Of a stretch of 64,000 bases of DNA, positions 50,201 through 60,721 are shown piece by piece. The notes below the pieces were generated by a model. The model had not been told where the DNA came from, made no database searches, and saw only the letters and a list, made by a program, of their open reading frames with translations. The stretch is from Rhynchopus sp. YZ270_cl-10 (lineage: Eukaryota). The stretch is taken from assembly GCA_964035575.1 (NCBI GenBank), contig OZ037845.1, forward strand, positions 1,550,001 to 1,614,000, in the 5' to 3' direction. Each line of letters begins with the position of its first letter. Position 1 is the stretch's first letter. The position numbers were made by a program, and so were the translations under genes.

Positions 50201-51078
50201 CTACCCGCTTTGCACAACCCAAACTCCCGCGGATATTGCCCGGCGAGCCTGGGTACGTACCACCCGTGGGCACGGCGCTGCCAGGGAAGGCGGGGGTGGC
50301 TGTGGCTGTGGGCATTGAGGGGATCGTGGACTCGGTGTTCCCTGGGTCGCCCACAAAGGTCCTGGAGGAGGCACGCTACCTGAGTGCAGTGGAGCGCGCT
50401 GCATCGCCTCGCGAGACGATACAGGAGCACCACATGGTGCCCAAGCCAGAGGCCGTGCAGAGAGGGTACGCAAACGAAGTGTTCTCGGCACGCAGCACAC
50501 AACTATCCCGAGCTAGGTCGTCGCCGACGCCATCCTGCCAGCAAACGGTGTCCGAGAGACTGCAAAACATGACGCAAGATGAGTTGCTGCAGCATTTATA
50601 TCAACAGCAGGAGTTTGAGAAGGGGTTGCTGCGGGAGGCTGAGGCGCGGGGTGGTGGTGGTGGTGACGTGGTCACAGTCGAGGAGGTGTCAGCACCACCA
50701 CCCACATCGGTCACAGCGGACGGAGGCTATCTGTATCAAAGCCTCCCGCATGACGGCAGAACCGTGGACTGGGTGCGCCTGCAGCACATGGAGGAGAGGA
50801 TCAACAGCCAGATCCAGCAGATCGACCGCGAGACGGCACGGCACACAGCACCTCCATCACCACCACTCATCCCCCAAGGCCTCACTCCAGAGCAGCAAAG
50901 CATGTGGGACCTCGAGCAAATGACCCGCGTCATCATTCAAAACCAACGGCGAGAACAAAAGCGTGCCGAAGAAACCTCACTTCTAGAAACAGAGGTGAAA
51001 CGCCTCAGGGAAAGCAGGATGATGGAGTGGGATGCAAGAGGGGGCAGCGGAGGCAGTGCACCGCAACAGTTTTTCTGA
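47260..51078 (+). CDS. Large EF-hand protein with Pro-rich region and RRM-like domain; exons 47260-48558, 48615-48773, 48820-51078
   Basis: DSDGSGGISLKE, DTDGDKSISRDE, DQDQGGTVTSNE; introns 48559-48614 and 48774-48819, phase 0. Confidence 0.82.
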
Positions 51079-51815
51079 CGCATGTTTTCTTTTCTTTTCT
51101 TTTAAATATCTCTCCCCCCTGGAGAGTGTTCTGTTTTCGTGCTGACACTTTCAAGATGTTTTAATAAACGTACCCTCTGCGGTTTGCTAACCCATGGAGA
51201 TCCGTGCCCAACTTTCATTTGTAACGTATGAGAGAAACATTCAAAAGGGTTCTTTTTTGTCCCTTCATTTGGACCACTTTGCTGTTGTCCTGCTACACTT
51301 TTTCAAAGAAAAAGGTTTATCACAGTCCAGTAGAGGCTGACACTGTAGGAGTGGATGAGCACGAGAGGCCCATCTATTCTTTCAAAGTTCTTTGTTGGTG
51401 GTGCGAGTGTCCGCCGGTGTACGGTGGTGCATATATGCACTTTTCAACTTGTTGTTTTCGTTTACTATACAAACCGTGTTTCCCCTTCACCCCCCACCGT
51501 TCTTTTAGATAAAACGGCTGGGAAGAAGAACAGAACGAAGCCCGCAAACGCAATGTACATTTTCAAACAAAACTGCGCCTTTGTGTTGTCGCGTTAGATA
51601 CATTTTTTATATTTTATTTTCCTGTCCCGAGACAAGAGAAACTGCCAAGAGAATCCTCCACCCCTTTCACCTTCTACTAGTTCCTCTCTTTCAACGAGCA
51701 ATAGGGTAGGTTCGTGTGGCCAACCCCTTCTCATCCATTGGTGTAGTGTAGCTGGTTGCACACCATTTAATACCTTTTTACAGAAAGGGGAAAACAAATA
51801 CACATTTACTTGACG

Positions 51816-53120
51816 ATGAAGGTGTTTGGTGCCCTTGCGGCGCTTTCCCTCGTAGGGTGCGCTTCTGCTGCAACGATGAACCTGACGCTGCTGACGGAGG
51901 CTGCGCTCAAGGACGGTGCTGTCTGCCTGGACGGGTCGCCTGCTGGGTACTACTTCCGCCCTGCTGCGACACCCGACGCGAAGAACGACTGGATGATTTG
52001 GTTTCAGGGCGGTGGGTGGTGCTACGACGAGATCGACTGCACTAATAGGGCACTGACCGCGCTTGGGTCAAGCACGACGTGGGAGAACACGAGAGGGACT
52101 AATAGTGGACTGATGAACACAGACTGCACGAAGAACCCAGACTTCTGCAACATGAATTTTGCCTTTCTGCCGTACTGTGACGGAAACAGCTTCTCCGGCA
52201 ACCGTGATGAGCCGTACGTTGCGGGCGGGAAGAAGATCTACATGCGTGGTCACCGTGTGCTCAAGGCAGTGCTCGACTCCCTTCGCGACACGCACGGCCT
52301 CAGCAACGCAGAGAACGTGCTCCTCAGCGGCTGCAGTGCTGGTGGCCTCTCGACCTTCCTCCACACCGACTACGTGGGCGACTACATCAAGTCCATCTCC
52401 TCGGGCCTCAAGCGCTACAAGGCAGCGCCCGTCAGCGGTTTCTTCCTCGACCACAAAGACATCTACGGTACGGCCAGCCCGTACACACAACAGATAACAT
52501 ACGCCTTTGGGATGAGCAACGCGACCTCAGGTGTCAACCAGGCCTGCATCAAGGCGAACCCCGGGCAGGAGTCGAAATGCAACATGGCGCAGTACGTGTA
52601 CCCACACATTGCGCATGACATCTTCCCGATTAACAGCGCTGTGGATGCGTGGCAGACGGGATGTGTGTATGGTGCAAAGCCGGTGCCTCTGTTCCCCAAC
52701 CAGACTGGGTCGGAGAACGGTGTGTGCAATGCGTACCCGGACTACCGGGACTGTCTGCAGAACATTGCGCAGAAGTGCAACAACACAGAGACGGCGCTGG
52801 TGAACCAGTACGGGCTTGACTTCATGGCAGACATTCAGGCGACGTCGAAGTACACTGCCGCGGGTGGCGGCGGGTTCTTCCACTCCTGCCACACACACTG
52901 CGAGGCGTCGGGTATCGACTTCTTCAACTTCGCCATCAACGGCGTCACCATCCAGCAGGGTGTCAGCAAGTGGTGGAACGCAAACAACGAGCCCGCCTCC
53001 GCACACACCTACACACCCTGCCAGCTCAAGGCAGGCTCCGATGTCCCCGACAGACGCTGCAACCCCACATGCAACCTCGGAGCACCCTACAACAACTTCT
53101 ACCCCACAATGGGGCTGTGA
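51816..53120 (+). CDS. Secreted pectin acetylesterase / Notum-family hydrolase, copy 1
   Basis: Signal peptide; AVCLDGSPAGYY, FQGGGWC, PYCDG, GCSAGG nucleophile elbow, SCHTHC. Confidence 0.93.
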   Translation: MKVFGALAALSLVGCASAATMNLTLLTEAALKDGAVCLDGSPAGYYFRPAATPDAKNDWMIWFQGGGWCYDEIDCTNRALTALGSSTTWENTRGTNSGLMNTDCTKNPDFCNMNFAFLPYCDGNSFSGNRDEPYVAGGKKIYMRGHRVLKAVLDSLRDTHGLSNAENVLLSGCSAGGLSTFLHTDYVGDYIKSISSGLKRYKAAPVSGFFLDHKDIYGTASPYTQQITYAFGMSNATSGVNQACIKANPGQESKCNMAQYVYPHIAHDIFPINSAVDAWQTGCVYGAKPVPLFPNQTGSENGVCNAYPDYRDCLQNIAQKCNNTETALVNQYGLDFMADIQATSKYTAAGGGGFFHSCHTHCEASGIDFFNFAINGVTIQQGVSKWWNANNEPASAHTYTPCQLKAGSDVPDRRCNPTCNLGAPYNNFYPTMGL

Positions 53121-53239
53121 TGTTAACGTCCAATCCCAACCCCCCCATGTGATGCTTTCTCTTTTCATGCGTTGAGAGCTGTCTTTTGTGTTTTGACTTC
53201 CTGTGTTCTGTTCCCCTGGAACAATACGTGAATGGGAGG

Positions 53240-54188
53240 CAGGCCTGAACCGTGACGGGCCTATTTTCCGGGGTTTTTTCGGCTGGGGACCGGTTTTTTT
53301 CCCGCCCTTTTCCCGCCCTTTTCGCGTCTTTTTTGTGTGATTTTTGTGCCCTTTTTCGGGGTTTTTTTGCGCTTTGCGCCCGCCTCCATGACAAATTTGG
53401 GAAGCGCTGTGAAAATTTGACCCATTTGAACACAATCTGGGCCATATTTGGGTGAGGGGTGGAGGGATTTTTAGACAAAGCTGATATTGGCTGGCCCCTT
53501 GCTCATACGCAGCGCAAAATCGTCCTCACGGATAGTGTGGAAGAATGGCGGAGGGGGTACTTGTGCCTCGACGAGGGTGATGGAGGGCTCCAGGTTGGCC
53601 AGGGCTGCAGTAATCCTCCGAAAGCGGCGTTTGCCCACCTCACTTTGTGGTCTCTCGGAAAAACTACCACTGTTTTCTGTATGAGTTTCAGAGATTTCTT
53701 TATCGAGGCAGACTTGAAAGAAAATGAACCATTGGTTCGTGCACCGCCTCAGCGAAGTGTGGTCCATGAGATAATTTTCGGCGCTGCTGACCAGGGAAGA
53801 CATTGGGAACAGATGGACTGTATTTTTTTTTGTGGAGCAAAAAAAATACAAAAAAAATGGCGCCGCAGGCAAAAAAAAAATTGAGGTACAGCCTGGATGG
53901 TGCGGTCAGCAACCCACTTCCCCAAGGTACTTACGTTCAACCACAGGGGGACTTGGTGATGGTGGGGGGCCGTTCTGGATTCGGCACCCCTCCCCCCCCT
54001 TTTTTCCCTCCCCAAAAACTGGTTATTTTGCATGAGCGGTCTCATCCAGACACGTGGTATTTTTTCTCGGGCTCCTCTGAGCCCCTGTGAACCCCTAAAA
54101 CGCAGTAGAGACGGCGGGAAAAAAAGTGCGGGAAAAAAATTTATTTTCCCAAATCTGGGGACGGGGACCGGATTTAGAAAAAGGCCTG
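53240..54188. mobile_element. hAT-like non-autonomous element downstream of hydrolase copy 1
   Basis: Short TIR CAGGCCT / AGGCCTG; perfect 8-bp TSD atgggagg (53232-53239, 54189-54196); absent at the paralogous site after copy 2 (~56295). Confidence 0.85.
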
Positions 54189-54881
54189 ATGGGAGGCACA
54201 TTTTTATTTTTTTTTAAACTTTGAGATCTGTACCATGTTTTTGTGTTTTGTTTTCTGATTTTTTTTGTTTGGTTTTGACCTGAGACCAGACACATGGCAC
54301 CTTATTGCCGTCTCTGACTTAGGGGTGGAGTGGGGTCAGGAGGTCGGGGCTGCCCTTCTTTGTTACAACTGTAATTTCTGTTAGCTGTAATTGGGGTGGC
54401 GACTCACCCGTTGTGTCGTCTTTTTTAGTAAAAAAAAAGACTACACAACGCAACCCGACTGCTGCCCCTAAGGCACCTGTCCGTATGGGTCAGATGCCTT
54501 GTTTGTTTCATTTGCTCCCAGTGCCTGTCCGTCCGCCGATGAATGGTGAGGCGTTTGCACTTTCAACTTGTCTTTGCTTTTTTTCTCTTTCTCTTTCGAA
54601 CGTTCAACTTGTTTCTTTCTTTTGATACTTTGAGACAACCTTAGTTTGCCCCCTTTCACCTTCTACTAGTTCCTCTCTTTCAACGTTCCATTGAATGCAG
54701 TGTGCTTCAGACTCCTCGTAAGAAGCCCCTTTGTGCTGTGCTTCTTTAGCTTCTTTGGCCTGAGCAATAGGGTAGGTTCATGTGGCCAACCCCTTCTCAT
54801 CCGTTGGTGTAGTGTAGCTGGTTGTACACCATTTACTACCTTTTTACAGAAAGGGGAAAACAAATACACATTTACTTGACG

Positions 54882-56186
54882 ATGAAGGTGTTTGGTGCCC
54901 TTGCGGCGCTTTCCCTCGTAGGATGCGCTTCTGCTGCAACGATGAACCTGACGCTGCTGACGGAGGCTGCGCTCAAGGACGGTGCTGTCTGCCTGGACGG
55001 GTCGCCTGCTGGGTACTACTTCCGCCCTGCTGCGACACCCGACGCGAAGAACGACTGGATGATCTGGTTTCAGGGCGGTGGGTGGTGCTACGACGAGATG
55101 GACTGCTCGCACAGGGCACTGACCGCGCTTGGGTCGAGCACGAAGTGGGGGAACACGTCAGGTACTAACGGTGGGGTGATGAACACAGACTGCACGAAGA
55201 ACCCAGACTTCTGCAACATGAACATCGCCCTTCTGCCGTACTGTGACGGAAACAGCTTCTCCGGCAACCGTGATGAGCCGTACGTTGTGGGCGGGAAGAA
55301 GATCTACATGCGCGGTCACCGTGTGCTCAAGGCAGTGCTTGACTCCCTTCGCGACACGCACGGCCTCAGCAACGCAGAGAACGTGCTCCTCAGCGGCTGC
55401 AGTGCTGGTGGCCTCTCGACCTTCCTCCACACCGACTACGTGGGCGACTACATCAAGTCCATCTCCTCGGGCCTCAAGCGCTACAAGGCAGCGCCCGTCA
55501 GCGGTTTCTTCCTCGACCACAAAGACATCTACGGCACGGCCAGTCCGTACACACAGCAGATGAAGTACACCTTTGAGATGAGCAACGCGACCTCAGGCAT
55601 CAACCAGGCCTGCATCAAGGCGAACCCCGGACAGGAATGGAAGTGCAACATGGCGCAGTACGTGTACCCACACATTGCGCATGACATCTTCCCGATCAAC
55701 AGCGCTGTGGATGCGTGGCAGACGGGATGTGTGTATGGTGCAAAGCCGGTGCCTCTGTTCCCCAACCAGACTGGGTCGGAGAACGGTGTGTGCAATGCGT
55801 ACCCGGACTACCGGGACTGTCTGCAGAACATTGCGCAGAAGTGCAACAACACGGAGACGGCGCTGGTGAACCAGTACGGGCTTGACTTCATGGCAGACAT
55901 TCAGGCGACGTCGAAGTACACTGCCGCAGGTGGTGGCGGGTTCTTCCACTCCTGCCACACACACTGCGAGGCGTCGGGTATCGACTTCTTCAACTTCGCC
56001 ATCAACGGCGTCACCATCCAGCAGGGTGTCAGCAAGTGGTGGAACGCAAACAACGAGCCCGCCTCCGCACACACCTACACACCCTGCCAGCTCAAGGCAG
56101 GCTCCGATGTCCCTGACAGACGCTGCAACCCCACATGCAACCTCGGAGCACCCTACAACAACTTCTACCCCACAATGGGGCTGTGA
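54882..56186 (+). CDS. Secreted pectin acetylesterase / Notum-family hydrolase, copy 2
   Basis: Tandem paralog of 51816 with the same motifs. Confidence 0.93.
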   Translation: MKVFGALAALSLVGCASAATMNLTLLTEAALKDGAVCLDGSPAGYYFRPAATPDAKNDWMIWFQGGGWCYDEMDCSHRALTALGSSTKWGNTSGTNGGVMNTDCTKNPDFCNMNIALLPYCDGNSFSGNRDEPYVVGGKKIYMRGHRVLKAVLDSLRDTHGLSNAENVLLSGCSAGGLSTFLHTDYVGDYIKSISSGLKRYKAAPVSGFFLDHKDIYGTASPYTQQMKYTFEMSNATSGINQACIKANPGQEWKCNMAQYVYPHIAHDIFPINSAVDAWQTGCVYGAKPVPLFPNQTGSENGVCNAYPDYRDCLQNIAQKCNNTETALVNQYGLDFMADIQATSKYTAAGGGGFFHSCHTHCEASGIDFFNFAINGVTIQQGVSKWWNANNEPASAHTYTPCQLKAGSDVPDRRCNPTCNLGAPYNNFYPTMGL

Positions 56187-56917
56187 TGTCAACGTCCAAT
56201 CCAAACCCCCCCATGTGATGCTTTCTCGTTTTATGTACTGGGGCCTGTCTTTTATGTTTTAACTTCATGTGTTCTGTTCCCCTGGAACAATACGTGAATG
56301 AGCGTGAGGCATAGTTTTTTTTCCCCCCCTCTTTTTATTTTTTTTTCAAGCTATATTTTTCTGCACTTTCAACTTGTTTCTTTCTTTTAGATACATTGGG
56401 ACAACATGGCACATGCTGCCACGTGTTCTCTCGTGAAAGCCGTTCTCCCCTACCCCACGTGCAGCTCTTCAACTGGGGGTGTTTCTGTGTGATCACTACG
56501 ATCACACAGGATGATCTACTCTTTGCTTTGTGCACAGTATTCTACCTGCACACCAGCCGGTAGGATACACAGTCTCCCATATGAGCATTGTGTAGTTGTA
56601 ACGTATGAAAGATGTAATTAAACGTAGGAAAAGTGAGCAGAGTGAGTGTGCCTATACCCAGCGTGGCAACGGAGACGTGGCCTCCGTGCAAGACTGCCTC
56701 GGCAGTGCAAATTGTGAATACCAAAGGAAAAAAGAATACGCATAAATACCCAAAACAACTAATACTAAACCGTCGACACAAAATTGCAAGAGAGGGGGGT
56801 TGTTGTTTGCTTGCTCCTTCCCACACCCACGAAAAACACCCACACACAGATCGCATACACAACGACCCTCTTGTCGGGTTGTCCTTTTCCAACCACTCCA
56901 AGTCGTTGCTTTCCATC

Positions 56918-59407
56918 ATGATTGTGATATCGATGCTCGCTCTTGCGGGGTGTCCCACTACAGACTGGGAGCAGGGTATCCTTGACTCACACAACACATG
57001 GCGTGCAGCAACATCGCCACCTGCAAAGGACATGGTCCGCATCAGGTGGGACACGAACATCCAAGCCAACATGGCTGCACACCTGCGCACCTGCGACAGT
57101 CAGTGGCCACACTCCGACCAGAATACACAGCGCAAAGATGTTGGTGGGTACGAGTTGCTTGGTGAGAACCTGGCGTACTGTGCTGGCACTGGTTGTGATG
57201 CAAAGTTGGCCAGCGGCACTCCTGGGTACATCGGGAAGGGATGGTGGGACGAGAAGGATGACTACAACTACGCCACAGACACGTCGAGCGGCATCACATC
57301 GCACTACACACAGATGGCGTCTTCGAACATCTACGCAATGGGATGTGTGGCACAGAAGTGTGCTGGTCCTGGTCCTTACAACTGGCAGGGAGAATGGTGG
57401 TGGTTTGGCTGTCAGTACGGTGAGCGTGGTCGTGCGTACTGGTCTGGCACGAAGCCTTTCGATGAGGGGACAGGTGGTCTGATTGAGCCTGACGCCACTG
57501 TGTTCACAAAGAACCCTGGTCTCTGCCAGACTGCTCCCGGCTCACCTGCTGTGACACCCACAACTTCTCCTGCGACAGCCTCACCAGCAGGTGCACCTGG
57601 TGGAGGCACACCACCTGCTGGTGGAGGTGGTGGCAGCACGTGCCCTTTGACCGACTGGGAGCAGGGTATCCTTGACTCACACAACACATGGCGTGCAGCA
57701 ACATCGCCACCTGCAAAGGACATGGTCCGCATCAGGTGGGACACGAACATCCAAGCCAACATGGCTGCACACCTGCGCACCTGCGACAGTCAGTGGCCAC
57801 ACTCCGACCAGGACACACAGCGCAAAGATGTTGGTGGGTACGAGTGGCTTGGTGAGAACCTGGCCTACTGTGCTGGCACTGGTTGTGCTGCAAAGCTGGC
57901 CAGCGGCACTCCTGGGTATATCGGGAAGGGATGGTGGGACGAGAAGGATGACTACAACTACGCCACAGACACGTCGAGCGGCATCACGTCGCACTACACA
58001 CAGATGGCATCCTCGAACATCTATGCAATGGGATGTGTGGCACAGAAGTGTGCTGGTCCTGGTCCTTACAACTGGCAGGGAGAATGGTGGTGGTTTGGCT
58101 GTCAGTACGGTGAGCGTGGTCGTGGGTACTGGTCTGGCACGAAGCCTTTCGATGAGGGGACAGGTGGTCTGATTGAGCCTGATGCAACTGTGTTCACAAA
58201 GAACCCTGGTCTCTGCAAGGATGGCGGCTCACCTGCTGTGACACCCACAACTTCTCCTGCGACAGCCTCACCAGTTGTTGTCACCTCAGCACCAGCAGGT
58301 GCACCTGGTGGAGGCACACCACCTGCTGGTGGAGGTGGCAGCACGTGCCCTTTGACCGACTGGGAGCAGGGTATCCTTGACTCACACAACACATGGCGTG
58401 CAGCAACATCGCCACCTGCAAAGGACATGGTCCGCATCAGGTGGGACACGAACATCCAAGCCAACATGGCTGCACACCTGCGCACCTGCGACAGTCAGTG
58501 GCCACACTCCGACCAGGACACACAGCGCAAAGATGTTGGTGGGTACGAGTGGCTTGGTGAGAACCTGGCATACTGTGCTGGCACTGGTTGTGATGCAAAG
58601 CTGGCCAGCGGCACTCCTGGGTACATCGGGAAGGGATGGTGGGACGAAAAGGATGACTACAACTACGCCACAGACACGTCGAGCGGCATCACATCGCACT
58701 ACACACAGATGGCATCCTCGAACATCTACGCAATGGGATGTGTGGCACAGAAGTGTGCTGGTCCTGGTCCTTACAACTGGCAGGGAGAGTGGTGGTGGTT
58801 TGGCTGTCAGTACGGTGAGCGTGGTCGTGGGTACTGGTCTGGCACGAAGCCTTTCGATGAGGGGACAGGTGGTCTGATTGAGCCTGACGCCACTGTGTTC
58901 ACAAAGAACCCTGGTCTGTGCAAAGATGGCGACTCACCTGCTGTAACCACTGCACCTGCGACGTCTCCACCGGTAACTGTTTCTTCTGCACCTTCGGTAG
59001 CACTTCCCACGAGACCACCAGTTACCCTGGCTCCAGTTACGGGAAGTGTGACGAGTACACCTGTCTCGCCAAAGACGTCTGCACCCTCTGTAGCAGGTCA
59101 GACATCTGCTCCTGCCGCAGTCGGCACTGCAGTTTCGGACACGGTTGTGCCTGGTACTGTGCAGACCCCTTCTCCATCAGATGTGTTGACTGCCGCAGAG
59201 TCGGAGACTGACGACGAGGATGATGATGGATCGTTCCCGTGGCTGCCGTTTGTGCTTGGTGGTGTTTTTTTGTTGCTGTGTTCCTTTGTTGCAGCATGGT
59301 TCTTCATCACTAGAGCTGCTAAGCCGACGCTTAAGGTTAACGAATTGCTGGAGGAAGGTTTGGATGAAGACATGCCAAAGCAGGATAATGACCATTTCAG
59401 TCTTTGA
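56918..59407 (+). CDS. Type I membrane protein with 3 CAP (SCP/PR-1) domains, Ser/Thr/Pro stalk and TM helix
   Basis: LDSHNTWRA, LGENLAY, HYTQM x3; TM WLPFVLGGVFLLLCSFVAAWFFI. Confidence 0.9.
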   Translation: MIVISMLALAGCPTTDWEQGILDSHNTWRAATSPPAKDMVRIRWDTNIQANMAAHLRTCDSQWPHSDQNTQRKDVGGYELLGENLAYCAGTGCDAKLASGTPGYIGKGWWDEKDDYNYATDTSSGITSHYTQMASSNIYAMGCVAQKCAGPGPYNWQGEWWWFGCQYGERGRAYWSGTKPFDEGTGGLIEPDATVFTKNPGLCQTAPGSPAVTPTTSPATASPAGAPGGGTPPAGGGGGSTCPLTDWEQGILDSHNTWRAATSPPAKDMVRIRWDTNIQANMAAHLRTCDSQWPHSDQDTQRKDVGGYEWLGENLAYCAGTGCAAKLASGTPGYIGKGWWDEKDDYNYATDTSSGITSHYTQMASSNIYAMGCVAQKCAGPGPYNWQGEWWWFGCQYGERGRGYWSGTKPFDEGTGGLIEPDATVFTKNPGLCKDGGSPAVTPTTSPATASPVVVTSAPAGAPGGGTPPAGGGGSTCPLTDWEQGILDSHNTWRAATSPPAKDMVRIRWDTNIQANMAAHLRTCDSQWPHSDQDTQRKDVGGYEWLGENLAYCAGTGCDAKLASGTPGYIGKGWWDEKDDYNYATDTSSGITSHYTQMASSNIYAMGCVAQKCAGPGPYNWQGEWWWFGCQYGERGRGYWSGTKPFDEGTGGLIEPDATVFTKNPGLCKDGDSPAVTTAPATSPPVTVSSAPSVALPTRPPVTLAPVTGSVTSTPVSPKTSAPSVAGQTSAPAAVGTAVSDTVVPGTVQTPSPSDVLTAAESETDDEDDDGSFPWLPFVLGGVFLLLCSFVAAWFFITRAAKPTLKVNELLEEGLDEDMPKQDNDHFSL

Positions 59408-60721
59408 TTCGCTGCCCTACACACCGAAGTGATAGAGTGCACGCCATTAACTTGGTGTGTGCCCGTGAGTGAATCATATTGTTTGCAACAGTATTGTGTC
59501 GGTTGCATGTTTAGCGCCTTACTTTGCCTTAACCTTTGTTCATTTCAGTGCTTTTTCACGTGACCGACCAGTCATTTGTTTGATATGATGATAGACGAAC
59601 GTGTTTCGCAGACACAGTTCTTTATTTTTTATGTTGCGTTATTGTCGACACATTTTGTTTACCTTCACGTGCACACTTGAAGAGTCGATGTGTGTGAGTG
59701 ACTTGTCTAGATGGAGACGACTTTCCCACAGGTCACATGTCAGAGGCAAAACGCACGCGCGTGCCATTAGTTTGGCTTGCGGTATAGTGTGGCGTTCAAC
59801 GTTGAGGCGTAGTATAGGATACCCTTTCGTGTGTATGGCTATGCGTGCCATTATTGTGGGTGTTCATAAAGTTTTCGAAGAAAAAGTTGCCTTGCCCCGC
59901 TGGGTACTTTATAAAATATAAACTTAACCATGCGACAAGAACACAAATCAGTTTGCTACTCTTGATCATGACTATATGTTTGGAATGTGGTGTTCGTTCG
60001 CTTGTCATGTCCATTGTTTTCACAGCTGGCACGTCCTCCTTTGCAGGAGGACGTGTGGTGCATTTAACATCACCGTCTCGCTGGGAATGTTCACATTTCC
60101 CAGTTCCCAACTTTCCTTTTTTTTCGTACTCTAGTATCATGTTTTCTGTCACTTTTGGTTGGCCATGGCTGCCATCACCCCTCTCTTGCCCCTTCTCCCC
60201 AAAATGTTAAGCCGCTTTCGTCGCCTTTTTGCGCAGTGCGTATTTGGCGATGAAACGCAGTTTCCAATGATTCTGCTTTTCTTGCAGATGTCTTTCGCTT
60301 CTTCTATGCTGCACCCTCCCCTCTCTCCACCCTCCCAGTTGGAAGGCCAACTCGTTTGCGACAAATCAGGGGAAGTATTGTCTCAGTTGAATGCGGTAGT
60401 TTCATTTAGCTTCAACTGCGGTGTCAACAGGGACAAGCACTGCCCCTCACCTATTTGTCATTATCATAATGTGTCCCCTTCCCCCTGACGGCATTTGCAG
60501 CAATCCATCATTTCTTGGTTGTTTGCACAAGCACACCGCCGTGAATAATTACTACTGTGCAAAAGAAAAATCAAGAACGCGTCTTTTTGTTTATTGTTTG
60601 CTTGCTTCTCTGCCCACACCCACGTACACCACCCACCCACACAGATTGCTCTTTCGCATAACACAACAACCCTCTTGTCGGGTTGTCCTTTTCCAACCAC
60701 TCCAAGTCGTTGCTTTCCATC

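Noticed and set aside
60149..60488. Possible degraded retroelement or gene fragment between the CAP genes
   Set aside because: No recognisable motif in any frame.
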